Positions 39,026-51,407 of a stretch of DNA of 64,000 nucleotides are shown piece by piece. The first letter of the stretch is position 1; the number at the start of each line of letters is the position of its first letter. The position numbers and the translations under genes were made by a program. This stretch comes from Euprymna scolopes (taxonomy: Eukaryota), in the NCBI GenBank assembly GCA_053919585.1, contig CM132808.1, one strand, 5' to 3'. The notes beneath the pieces were generated by a model. The model was not told where the DNA came from. It searched no databases and saw only the letters and a list, made by a program, of their open reading frames with translations.

Positions 39026-40315
39026 CAAGGGGCGTGCAATAAGTAATGCCCCTGACCCACTTTCAGTTGTCTGATCTAGCTGAAATTTTGCATGTGCAAT
39101 GATTTATATCTTATATGCCAAATTACAGCTCTGAACTAATTGTGATTTCTGTTTTACAGGTGTTTAAACTGAGTCAGGTGCGAAATGGAGCCTGTTGAAT
39201 GTCGAGCAGTGATCCGGTTTTTGTATTTGAAAAGACGCACACCGCAGGAGACTTTTCATAAAATGAAAGAAACTTATGATGATAATGCTCCATCATATGA
39301 CCTTGTAAAGCGCTGGCATCGTGAATTCAAACATGGCCGGAAGTCTGTGGAAACAGCTCCCAGACCTGGTCGCCCCCACCCCTTCTGCCATTGATGAGGC
39401 ATTTGTCCGTCAAGTTGAGGCTGCCATTTTGGAAGATCGGCGCATTACTATTCGCCAAATAGCCCAAGATATCAAGATAAGTACAGGGTTTGTGGAAACT
39501 ATCATTCATGACCATTTGCATATGCATAAGGTGTCTGCCAGATGGATTCCCAGGTTGCTCACACCATTCCAGAAGCGAGAACGCGTTGAGTGCTCGAGGA
39601 TGAATTTGGAGATGTGCCAAGAAGACGAGTCAAAGTTTTTCAAAAGACTGATTACACAGGATGAAACCTGGGTCCATCACTATGATCCAAAGACCAAAGC
39701 CAAGTCAATACAGTGGAAGCACTTGGACACACCACCTCCAAAGAAGGCAAGGGTGCAGCCCTCTGCTGGCAAGGTCATGCTCGCAGTCTTCTGGGACCAG
39801 GACAGAGTAGTGATGACAGATTTCCTGGCAAAGGGTACCACAATTACAGGAGCCTATTATGCTTCACTTTTGAGGAAATTAAGGGAAGCTATCAAAATCA
39901 AGAGGCGGGGCACGATCAGCAAAGGTACCCTCCTCCTGCAGGACAACGCTCCAGTCCACAACTCGCATGTTGCCAGATCAGAAGCATGGGCATGTGGTTA
40001 TGAAATCGTTCCCCATCCTCCCTACTCTCCTGACCTTGCACCCTCTGACTTTCACCTCTTCCCAGCCATGAAGTTGTTTTTGAAAGGAAAGCGTTTGCCA
40101 GATGATGCAGTCTTGATTTCTGAAGTCATGTCGTGGTTGGAGGATCAACCTGGGGTGTTCTACAAAAACGGTCTCCAGAGCTGCATCAAGCGATGGGAGA
40201 AATGCATAATTCTGGGGGGGTTCCTATGTAGAGAAAGACTAATAACTGTGCCAAGTTTCGTTGCTCTACTTCTATGGGAAGTGGGTCAGGGGCATTACTT
40301 ATTGCACACCCCTCG
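39026..40315 (+). mobile_element. Full-length mariner (Tc1/mariner, DD34D) transposon
   Basis: 37-bp TIRs C(A/G)AGGGG(C/T)GTGCAATAAGTAATGCCCCTGACCCACTT with 2 mismatches, TA on both sides, 1290 bp. Confidence 0.97.
39185..40242 (+). pseudogene. Mariner transposase, frameshifted
   Basis: HTH region ending GRP, then WIPRLL, DETW, DNA and YSPDLAPSD with 34 residues between the 2nd and 3rd Asp. Frameshifts at the C-rich tract ~39372-39382 and the G-run ~40214-40220; the natural end YVEKD* is at 40242. Confidence 0.92.
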
Positions 40316-40934
40316 TAGCACATGACAGAAAGTAATGGAAGAAATGAGGATAATCAGTTGACTTGATGTAAAATTTTATTTACAAGGAGAAAATACATAG
40401 AATGATATAAATTACATCAGTCCAATATTACTTGAGTTTGTGTGTCACAACTATCACAAACAGAATATATCTCTGTCTTCATTACGTAGGATTAAAGTCA
40501 TCCTTTTAATGTTATTTGTCATATGGCATTCACCGTAGGCAGGTTGAAAGGGTTTCCTCCAACAGAGGAAGTGTCAAACGACTATTAAATTCACAGGTAG
40601 TTTCCAGTCACCTGTAATCCATTTAGCTGCTTTCACCAGTGTCTATCCTATCCCTTTCTCACATTTCCACGTGAGAACTCACAACAGAGTTAAAGTGAGG
40701 AAGTAACTTCGCCTGAAACAAAAAATTAGTTACCTCCCCTTAATCATATTCTATCGCCCTAACAATATCATATTATTTACTGATATATAGCAACTAATTA
40801 ATTATTAAATGACTGCAGTTAATCTAATCTCCAGAGTAACTCAATCGTCCTTTTATTCTTCAAGAAAGCATTGAATACAAACTGCATTCAACCTCAGTGT
40901 TGTTGTTTGAGATACATCAACATGTCTTTCTACC

Positions 40935-41450
40935 ATCACGTTTAAGCCCAAGATGGCAGCTTCCGCCACGCTAAAAACTGGGATAACAGCCTCCGGCATT
41001 CTAACAGTCGAAGTAACAGCTTCCGGCATTCTAACGGTCGAAGTAACAGCTTCCGGCATTCTAACGGTCGAAGTAACAGCTTCCGGCGCACTAACGGTCA
41101 GAGTAACAACTTCTGTCACGTTAACAGTTGAGATAACAGCTTCTATCACGTTAACAGTCGAGATAACAGCCTTCCTCATCCTAATGGTCGAGATAACAGT
41201 TTCCCCTGATGCTAACAAGCAAGATAACAGCTTTAGTCACACTAACGGCTGAGATAACATTTCCGTCATGCATGCTAACGTCCGAAGTAACAGCTTCAGC
41301 CACGCACGCTAACGGCTAAGGTAACAGCTTCCGTCACGCTAATGGCCGAGGTAACAGCTTCAGTCACACTAAAGGCCAAAATTACAGCTTTTGTCACGCT
41401 TAAACTCATAATAACAGCTTCTGTCACACTTAAGCCTGAAATAATGTCTT
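40935..41450. repeat. Degenerate 30-bp minisatellite (GTAACAGCTTCCGGCATTCTAACGGTCGAA-like)
   Basis: TAACAGCTT recurs every ~30 bp and yields 10-aa periodic ORFs on both strands. Confidence 0.9.
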
Positions 41451-41493
41451 TCCATGCTTTAGTGTGAAATAGCATTTCACTGGTTACACATAC

Positions 41494-41610
41494 CAATACA
41501 TCTGTGTTTTCAAAATAATTTTTCCAATAGGGCCGGATCTGCCTCTGTCCTCCAATATCCCAGACATTTAGTCGGAATCCTCCAGATTGTACAGTTTTTA
41601 TGTTGAAACC
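41494..41610 (-). CDS. ARL3: ARL3 coding exon ([39 protein letters not shown])
   Basis: 117 bp, CTGCAG acceptor, GTATGT donor. Contains switch regions and G3 (DIGGQ). Confidence 0.98.
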
Positions 41611-43908
41611 CTGCAGTGGAAGAGAGAAAAAGAAATTAAAATTAAAAAAAATTAAAAAAAAACTGAAGATGAAAATTATTACTTGTACACTAGCATGCAC
41701 ATGAATAATAGATTTTTTTTTAACTAACAAGACAATCTACACCTTTTTTTTTTTTTTTTAATTCTAAAATTTTGAAAATTTAAAAAATAAAAAGATGTTT
41801 AACTCTAAATGAAAAAAGATGAATGTCAAATTAACAACATGGTATAGCAACAAATTTGTAGAGAGTTTGTTCATAATTTATCTGTTTGGAATTGAAATTA
41901 TGAATAAGCTGTTCAAAATTATAACTGATTGAGAATGAGTCTGACCATATGATCGGCTCGGCAGTCATATTACAGTAAAAACATCACAAAACAAATTACA
42001 GGCATAACTTAGTCCAGCTCAAGGTGTATCCTTACGATATCTTTATGACTATGGACCCATATACTATCTGTTGATTATTGTCCAGTTTTGTCAACCTAAG
42101 TGACAGCTTTCTTTGTCCCATGCAAATATTATTCTTCTCCTTAATAGCGAGCATATCTCGAATATATCCACTTTTGATACTTATGCAGATTAAGAACTGT
42201 GTTGTCATTGGAATTTTCCAGGCAACATAAGTACCGAAATGCTGAGCCAATGAAATCTCAGCAGCCAACACCATTAAAAAAAACATTTGCTATGATTGAT
42301 TTATTATTAAATAAATCTATTTATCTTGATTTGAACAAAAAATATATTGTTCAAAAAATAATATAAAAATTACAATATAAATTTGTTTGCTATCAGTTGT
42401 TCTTTATTCAAAAAAATATTTGTTCAAAAAACTTACCTTACAATGAGTGTTTTTTTCTTCTTAATTTTAAAGTTAGTTTCATAAAAATTGCCTTATAATG
42501 ATTTATTTGTGACAAAAAAAAAACGAATATTGTTTTCATTTTCAATTTATTTTTCATTGAATTATTTTTGTAATAACAAAAATATTTTTTTTCATTGAAA
42601 AAATTGACCAGTGTTTGTGCAAAAGAACAAATCACAAAACTTTCATTTGACACGTAGTGTTTTACGTAAACTGCCCCAAAAACTTCCAATGATAACATGG
42701 TCCTTATTCTACATGATTTTACCACTTTTCACTGGAAATCAGCTTATAACCAGAAGTAATTGCAATTGTGCTTTATGTAAAAATCAAAGATGCTGTAAAT
42801 ATCATAAAACGTAATTTGGATTACTATTTGGATTTTTTTCGGATTTATGCAATTATGCCCTAATACTGTTTTCATTTTTTTTTTTTTTTTTGTGAAATTA
42901 ATGAGTTCTTATTTCTTCTGATGAGTCCAGGTGAAAAATATTCAAAAATTGACTTAATAATTATATGAATCTTTCTGCGCTACGAAACAGATGCTCTCAA
43001 GAATTGAACATTCTAACATGCTGAAAGAAATAAATGGTAAGATGGAGAACTTCTTGGAATTTGAAATATAGACTTTTTGTTATTCACACACACACACACT
43101 TGCTAGCCTGGGAGGATGATATCACAGTGAATGAACATATACAACACACCGATCCCTAAAAGTGAAAATAATGACTGAGCAGATGGTATTATGATAACCT
43201 CCCTCTCTCCCCCAGAAAAAAAATAGGAGGTAATGACTGGCAGGGTGATATCAACAGAACAGATAGTACAGTACCCTCACTCCTAAACAGAAATTAATCA
43301 TGAAAAGATGGTATCATGCAGAACGAAGATATACTATATTGCTCCCTAAAAAGAGGAGGTAATCATTCCCATAAAAGGAGAAAGTAATGCCTGTGAGTAT
43401 GGTATTATGGCAACAGACCACATACTACTCCCTCCTCCTTAAAAAAAAAAAGGAGATGATGATGATCTCATGACAATAGAACAAATATATTTCCTCCTAC
43501 CCCAAAGGAGATTACCTCCTTAAAAAGAAGAAGGTAATTTCTGAAAGGACAGTCTTATGACATCAGAACCGATACTACACTATACACCTTAATTAAAAGA
43601 TGATACAATAATAGATTATATCTTTTTATTATTATTATTTATTCGTTGCAACATTCTTTCACACCACCACCCGCTTTTTCTAATCCTTTGCCGCCCACGT
43701 GTGTTCCCGTCGCTTTCCGTCCACGCATGCTCTTTTTGTTGCTTTCTTTTTCTTTCCCTTCCCTTCTGTGACATCATTTTGTGCACTGGCTTGGTCATTT
43801 GCACATTTGTCATGTGGCTGCTGCTGATACAAGCGCTAGTGGCTCCGTTACATAAGATGAAGCGTTTACAGAATTGTAACTGTTGTGCAGTAATATTGGA
43901 TGGTGTGT

Positions 43909-44756
43909 GTAAGAATAGTATTAAAAATGTTACATAAGGTTAAATGGCAAACCTGCATATTTACCGATCTAAATGACATCTGGTTTTGAAAATCGTCAGA
44001 AGTAATTCGTGTTACTTAATAAGTAACATGAATTACTTCTGTAATGTCCACATATATTTTGCAAAAGGTAAAAAATACACTTGGGAGGGGTGGACGTATA
44101 TTACAAGAGTAGATCTCTTTAAATATTTTTCTCAAATGATTTACTTGTCTCACAATTTTCAATCAATTACAAGATTTTTTTTTTTTTAAAACAAACCTTT
44201 TTGCCTTTGTTCGCCATTAATGTTATTTGAAATATTCATAAACAAAAAGAAATGATGATTGGTATGCAAAATATGAAAACAGTGTAGGAACAGAATAGTT
44301 AACAAAACTCGTCCCATGTCATGAGTTTCTTCAGAATAATTTAATTATTTAGAAAACCATTCTTAACATTGGAAGGGATGTCTAAACTATTCTCTACCTT
44401 TCCTCTTTGAAGAAATAAATATGTTCATATTTTTTCTTGAAATTTGGTTGGTTATTAGATTGATTTGTGCTACTGTAAAAAGAAAAGCAAGACATGGATA
44501 AAAAAAAAAATAATAATAATAATAATAATGGCAAATATATTAACACTGTTAGCTAAATTACACCCCCCCCTCAAAAAAAAAAATTCTTTTTATATATGAG
44601 TACATAGCAGAAAGAAAAGAAAACAATTATTTTAGAATTTAATTATTAAGTAACACGAATTACTTCTGACGATTTTCAAAACCAGAAATCATTTAGATCG
44701 GTAAATATGCAGCTTTGCCATTTAACTGTATGTAACATTTTTAATACTATTCTTAC
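43909..44756. repeat. Inverted repeat, ~114-bp arms (43909-44022 / 44643-44756), each with a hammerhead-like motif
   Basis: The arms are reverse-complementary with few mismatches; a third related copy lies at 45432-45491. Confidence 0.8.
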
Positions 44757-45019
44757 TCTGAAAACCCCGCTAAGATTACATTTACTTCATATATTACAAT
44801 TCATATTTATTATGTAGTTTTATTATATTTGGACAAATGCATATTTTCTTTTCATTACGTTTATTTTATTTTATTTATTTTTTGTGAAAAATTCATATTT
44901 TTTTAAAATTATGTTAAGTAAACATTCATCCATTTTCTTTTCCGTTTATTTAACTTGAATTTATTATATTTTAAAAATATTTTATTTTCAGTATTAATTA
45001 TTTCTGTGAATATTTTCTG

Positions 45020-45380
45020 TAAATAAACATATATATTTAAAAAAAAAAAAGTACATATGAAAATAAACATTTATTTTAAAAAAATACATATGAAAATAAA
45101 CATTTATTAAAAAAAATACATATGAAAATAAATATTTATTAAAAAAAATACATATGAAAATAAATATTTATTAAAAAAAATACATATGAAAACCATTTAT
45201 TTAAAAAAATATATATATATGAAAATAAACATTTATTTAAAAAAAATACATATGAAAATAAACATTTATTAAAAAAAATACATATGAAAATAAATATTTA
45301 TTAAAAAAAATACATATGAAAACCATTTATTTAAAAAAATATATATATATGAAAATAAACATTTATTTAAAAAAAAAAAA
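45020..45380. repeat. AT-rich ~30-bp minisatellite (TACATATGAAAATAAACATTTATTAAAAAAAA)
   Basis: About 11 imperfect copies. Confidence 0.9.
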
Positions 45381-45805
45381 TCAGTTTTAATATATTATGT
45401 GTTCACTTAAATTTTCTTTGAGGTCATCAGATTAAGTAACATCGTTTACCTCTGACGAGTTTCAAAACCAGAAGACGCTTATGTCGGTAAAAACGTGAAA
45501 TCACAAATTTTAAATTTATATAGTGGATATTTGTTTTCATAAGTGGTCATCTAAATGCAACCTTAGGGGAAAAGAGTTCCAAATGTTTCTTAATCAGTTG
45601 TTAAACTGCACAACTACTATAGACAAAGTAGGTTTTATCATTTTACAAAAAAAAAAAAAATTATTTGTAATCCTTCGTTACGAAAATGAAATAATTGTAT
45701 TTGAGTTGTGTGTTAGCTGTCTTTATCTCTTGGCAACTAATAGTTTTAAATCCTATCCACCAATATACATGAGTTTAGGTCAATTTTAAAGCAACACGCT
45801 TGGAC

Positions 45806-45962
45806 AAGCTTAGATAGTTGGCACATAATATATTAAAGACTCAATAAATATATAACTACCAACCATCAACGCGAACTTGTAGGTTCAATCTCCGGCTAGG
45901 GAAAGGCGCTAGTCTAGCCGCATTGATGAGTTGTGATACAATGAAACAGCACTATGTGGATA
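45806..45962 (+). mobile_element. Putative tRNA-headed SINE-like remnant with a hammerhead-like tail
   Basis: A-box-like AAGCTTAGATAG, B-box GGTTCAATC (45882), then TAGCCGCA-TTGATGA-GTTGT gat ACAAT-GAAAC...TA-TGTGGATA. Confidence 0.45.
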
Positions 45963-46030
45963 ACTATACATATATACATATATAGATTAGTGATGGGATG
46001 ATTCTAAAATTTTTCCTGATTTCTATACAA

Positions 46031-46330
46031 CTAGTGGGGGTACACGGCGATGCCCAGGTGTTTGGAGGTGTGTGTGCTGTTAAATAAAATAGAAACCGGG
46101 AAGGGTGGGGGGGGGGGTAGGATCAAACCCGAAGCCCTGAGGCGAAGTTTGAAAATAAAATCGGCCAGCCAGAATGAGTTACTGAAAGATGTTTGAATTT
46201 ATTTAAGTAAGAACCAAATTGACAGGTGCGCGCACGGAAGTCGTCGAGCATTACGACGACGACGTCAATGACCAGGTTTGTTTGTTATAAGCGAAGTAAA
46301 AAAAGAAAACAACGTTAAAACTTAAGCGGG
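46031..46330 (-). mobile_element. Non-autonomous Helitron-like 3' fragment
   Basis: CTAG, hairpin and GGTGTTTGGAGGTGTGTG in reverse orientation. The 5' limit is approximate. Confidence 0.65.
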
Positions 46331-46583
46331 GGGGGGTAATAAAAACATCGGAAAAAAAACATTCAGTTTTGTGCTGTTACTTGAGGTAACATCACTTGAA
46401 GAAGGTGCACCATTCCTCATATAAGCCAATAATGGCTAGCCATACCAGATCTTGTTTAAACTGCGAATACTATGTGATTTTGAATATTTAGTCAGGGTTT
46501 ACTTGTAGGGAAAAGTACTCTTATGTCAGGTTGTTGTTCTAAGAATGCATGTCTAAAATTAACCGATTCCAATATTCAACATG

Positions 46584-47480
46584 TTTATTTTATTTATTAT
46601 TACATTTTCACCCCAAACAAGGCAAATTGCCACTTTGGTGTAGGGGGCTACTATCAGGGGCAACAACTACTGGGGTACTATGTAGGGATTTGGTCAGCAA
46701 GGTGTCGGTTCACGTTACACTTGAACTTCTGCACGTCAGTACTGTTGGGGAAGCAGGGACCTGGAATGGAATTCCAGAGTCTAGCGGTTCTGGGGAAGAA
46801 ACTATTGGAGTAAAAAGATCTTTTACATCTAGGGATCTCTACAGTGTGGGGTGGGATTTAGCAGCCTGTCGGGTTTGTCGAGGGTGCTCTCGTCATGGGG
46901 GCACAAGTGATTGCAGTTCGTCAGAGCATTCACCACTAAAATACTTGTAGAAAAGGCAGAGGGATGCAACATTTCGTCGATGGGACGGAGGTTGAAGCTT
47001 AGATGCCAGTTCAGGGCCTATCAGGTTTGCGACTCTCTTTTGAACCTTGTCAAGGAGCGAGAGACTAGTAGCAGATGCACCAGCCCAGATGTGGCAGCAA
47101 TACTCCATACATGGGCGAATGGTGGCCTTATAGAGGTACAGGATACTTTCGGGTGTTAGTAGTTTTCTAGCACGGTAGAGAGAGCCCACCTTTCTTGCAG
47201 CGACCCTGGCAATGCCTTCAATGTAATTGTTCCAACTCATGTTTCCTGTGAATGTTAGGCCAAGGAGTTTGAAAGATGGACTCTCAGATAAAGAGTCGTT
47301 GGCCATTGCTATGGGTGGTAGAGAGGGTTTCTTGTAATTATTGAATGAAACTAGTTTAGTCTTGGCAGCATTGAACGCGACCAACCACTTTTGTCCCCAT
47401 TCCACTACAGATTGGAGGTCTTCCTCTAGTGTTTCTGCCATTTCTTTAGAAATGTGTTCATTCGTCTTCCTGTCGTGTTT
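46584..47480 (-). mobile_element. 5'-truncated CR1/L2-group LINE (RT C-terminal region, 3' UTR, AT-rich tail)
   Basis: ORF 46893-47510: DLQSVVEWGQKWLVAFNAAKTK...LLGLTF...IRPCMEYCCHIW. The 3' end GGGGTGAAAATGTAATAATAAA is shared with other copies. Confidence 0.9.
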
Positions 47481-47532
47481 AACAAGAAATAAGGAGAAAT
47501 GTGTGCACATGGGAGAATACCAGCATCCTTAC

Positions 47533-47676
47533 CTGCGTTGGTGTTATGTGGCTTATGTCTTCTGAAGCCAATTTCTTTAAAAGGGTCGTCTTCCCTGCAT
47601 TATCCAGCCCCAACAGTAATAGGCGAAGTTCTTTATCTGGTTGGCACTTCAACTTCCTCAGAAGTGATAATAAACC
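47533..47676 (-). CDS. ARL3: ARL3 coding exon ([48 protein letters not shown])
   Basis: 144 bp, AAACAG acceptor, GTAAGG donor. Contains the P-loop GLDNAGKT and ARL3-diagnostic [13 protein letters not shown]. It begins at Gly2, so the ATG is in an upstream exon. Confidence 0.98.
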
Positions 47677-48991
47677 CTGTTTTGAAAAGAAATAAAAAAA
47701 ATATTAAATAAAAAAATTTGAAATAATGTTAAAAACGGTATTTTCCAAATAAAGTTAAATTAAGCAAAAGAATGGTAAATTTTATCAGAATTATCAGAGT
47801 TATGTAGACTCTCAGTCTCATAATACATTATGTTGAGTTATCTCCTTTTATTTTGAGACAGTTTTCAAAATTGCCTTCCAACTCAGCCGTAAAATTTGAT
47901 TTTTTCATTTAAATAAAACTATATATTTTCATTTCATCACTGGTAGGTACATCATAGAGATTCTTTCTGTAGTTTTGCTTTTTTTTAACATAGGAAGAAT
48001 ACTGAACAAGCACAAAAAATCTTTACTTTAAATTTTATTAATATTTGCTATAAAAATCTATTAAGTAGTAGAACGAAAATGAATGTGTAGATTGATAAAT
48101 GATGAGAGAAATTTCATATTATGTCAAGGAGACTAAGTACAAAAAAAAAAAAATTCTTTGTGAACTAAAAAGTTGGTCGCCTTTGTTAAAATTCTGTTTT
48201 TGTTTGCCCCTGCAGGAAGTGGGCGATGGGAATTTATAATTTTATGCTAAACCAAGAACTAGTAGAATTACTATATATCTTACTAGTCAGACTTTTTAGC
48301 GGTGATTAAGTTATTATTTCCTTAAATTATTGAGATTACAAGTCTAATGTTAACAAATTCTTGAGCTTTTTTTTCTTAAATAATAAATTTCTGCCTAATT
48401 TCCATCGTCGCATCATATGACATTTAACCATTCTCTTTGAGTGGTCTTTGGGCCTTGATAAGTAGTGAACCCTTTGTAAAAAAAAAAAAAATTCATATAC
48501 AAAATAGGATATTTTAAACTCTGAAGAACTTGAAGCACCAAATAGCGTAATTCACAGATAAACAATCCAAAGTGGATTCATATGTTGTAAGCAGAAATTA
48601 AAGTCCGCTTAATATTGTGACATTCTAGTTTATGCAAATAGATACAGGTAGACTTTTGTTTTTTAGCAATTAAATGTATAACGATTTTTTCAATTTTGAC
48701 CCATTCTTGATCCCTTAAAAACTATTTTAACCCGATAAAGACCCACAAAAGAACATAAAAAATCCAATCATTTGAGGCCCCTAGTGCTGCTCTGTGACTT
48801 TTAGTTTCGGAAGAGATAGAGTTTGAAAATATGGAGACAGACAGGCATATAGCCTTTTATATATTAGATTATGGACATTATTTGCATTTTCCAGTTGTAA
48901 CAAATACTTTGATTTCATTGGCTAATCATCTTCTGTTGATTATTCAACAGAAAATAAAACAGTGAATATCTGGAAAATTATATTATCAAAA

Positions 48992-49884
48992 TCTATATAT
49001 ATATAAAAATCAAAGTCTGGTTTGTTCCAAATCGATAAACTAGAAATTTACACGCCCGTTTTCCGTGACATTTTATAAGAGTGACTGTTTATCATCTAAC
49101 TGTGTTTTAAATATTAAAAAATAAAAAATATTACCAAATTAAAAGAAAAAAACTATTATTCGACATCGTTTCTTTTCGGTCGACCATTTTGAAATGACAA
49201 AACATAACGATTCTGACTACACATGTGTATAAAACAAACTTTTTTTTTAACAATCGTTAAAAGAGTAACACACAAATTGTTAAATTTAAGAAATAAAGCA
49301 TAAGTAAAAAAAATTATTTGTACTTATGCATTTAATGAACCAGACGTAACTCACCTTGCAACTCGGATTTCTCCGGAACATGACATCCACAGAGGAAAGA
49401 AAGAAAGAAACAATTCGATCGGTGGATGTGTGTTCCTCTCTAGCATACCAAAATAACGTTTTCCGTAATATTTAATAACAGTGATTGTATCTAATCTAAC
49501 TGTGGTTTTAAATATTAAAAAGTAAAAAATATTACCAAATTATAAAAAAACTTATTCGACAGCATTCCTTTTCTTCGGCCGACCATTTTGAAATAACGAA
49601 AAATAATGATCCTGACTACACGTGTGCATAAAACAAAAATTTTTTTTTAATAATCGTTAAAAGAGTAACACAGAAATTGTAAATTTAAGAAATAAAGCAT
49701 AAGTAAAAAAACAGTTATTTGCACTTTAATGAACCAGACGTAACTCAGCTTGTGACTCGGATTTCTTTGGAACATGACATCTACAGAAGAAAAAAAGAAA
49801 CAAACAATTCGATCGGTGGATGCGTGTTCCTTCCAGGCATAACAACATAACGAAAAAAAAAAAACCCTACTCGCCGGGGAGCGG

Positions 49885-49930
<46 letters not shown>

Positions 49931-51407
49931 AATCCCTCATCCTATTGTAGTCTCCTCAATTAATTACAGTGAATAAGGCATTGTCAAACATGGATAAATC
50001 CTAATTTACTTATTGTGAGAATAGAAGTTATTTGGAAATTACTGCTACCTAGAACAGCACCAGGAGTAACTGGTAAAACCTTTCTAATTAACTTGATTTT
50101 GGCAGCCATTCGGTGATAAAATGACATAGCCCTTGCTGCATGTGGAATAGCTGCGACCTTGCTATCGAGTAAAAGAACTACTTATTCTACTTTGAAACTA
50201 CTATTAAACATTCAATTTTTCAAAAATCTCATGTTCAACATCTCCAAAAGATCCAGTATGGGGGAAAATATTGCAGAAATGCTAACTTATTGTTTGGGAT
50301 GAATGCACAATGGTATGCAAATAATCACTTGAGGCTTTTGGTCGATCTTTACAAGATTTGCATGGCAATGGCAGAGCATTTGGGAATGCAGTAATATTGC
50401 TTGCAGGAGATTTTAGACAAATGCTATCTGTAATTCTTCAATCAACACCGGCAGATGAAATAAATGCTTCCCTCAAATACTCTACTTTTTGGTGCCATGT
50501 GAAGACATTAAACTTAACTCAAAATATGCATATCCAGTTGCAGACTGCTCGATCCGCACAGAAATTTTTGCATTACTTGTGGGAAATTGGGCACGGAAAA
50601 GTGCTGGCTGATCCGAGTTAAGGACGACATTTTTTGACTTTTATCTTCTGTAATTTTATTACATTAAAAGAAGAATTGGTTAAAAAGATTTTTCCAGATA
50701 TTCAAATTAATTATACGACTTCCACTTGATTGAGTAAACGAGCTATTCTAATAGCTCAATACCAAGACGTCCATGAACTTAACACTATTATTAAACGTAA
50801 AATTCCAAGTAAGGTAGTCACATACACATCCATCGACACTGTTGTGGAAGCAGATAATGTGGTTAATTATCCAACAGCTAGATTTACCAGGGATGCCTCA
50901 GCATATACTGCAACTGAAAATTGGTGTACTAATTATCATGTGAAATATAAACCAATCCAAGCTTTGCAATGGCACATGGCTTGCAGTAAAAAAAATTAAC
51001 AAACAATATCATAGAAACAGCAATCTTTACAGGACCTTTCACAGGTGAAGATATGTTCATTCCACGCATTCCTATGATTCCACCGGATACATCATTACAC
51101 TTTAGGAAACTGCATTTTCCAATTTTATTGTCGTTTGCAATAACCATCAACAAATCTCAGGGAACAATCTTTACCATTGTGTGGCTTACAGCTACACACT
51201 GTTTTTTCACATGGACAATTTATGTTATGTGTTCAAGAGTCACCAAACCAGAAAATCTCTACATCAGCTAAGAAAATGGAAAAACAAAAATTGTGCACCC
51301 ATACGGAATGTGAAATTAAACCTATAAGAAACATGCTTTTTCTCATTTTGGAACTTTTTCCATTGCGCCAATTTCAGCCACAGCAACGCGTGGCAGAGTA
51401 TAGCTAG
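48992..51407 (+). mobile_element. Decayed Helitron with PIF1-like helicase remnants and a ~400-bp internal tandem duplication
   Basis: 5' TCTATATA; duplicated blocks ~49081-49460 and ~49481-49855; motifs GxTGKTFL, IVWDECTM, LLAGDFRQ, PRIPMIP, FAITINKSQG, FSHGQ broken by stops and frameshifts (50060-51270); 3' hairpin GCCACAGCAACGCGTGGC followed by CTAG. Confidence 0.85.

Noticed and set aside
46893-47676. ARL3-LINE fusion protein by read-through of the donor at 47532
   Set aside because: The exon frame hits TAA after 17 codons, and the LINE ORF is in another frame.
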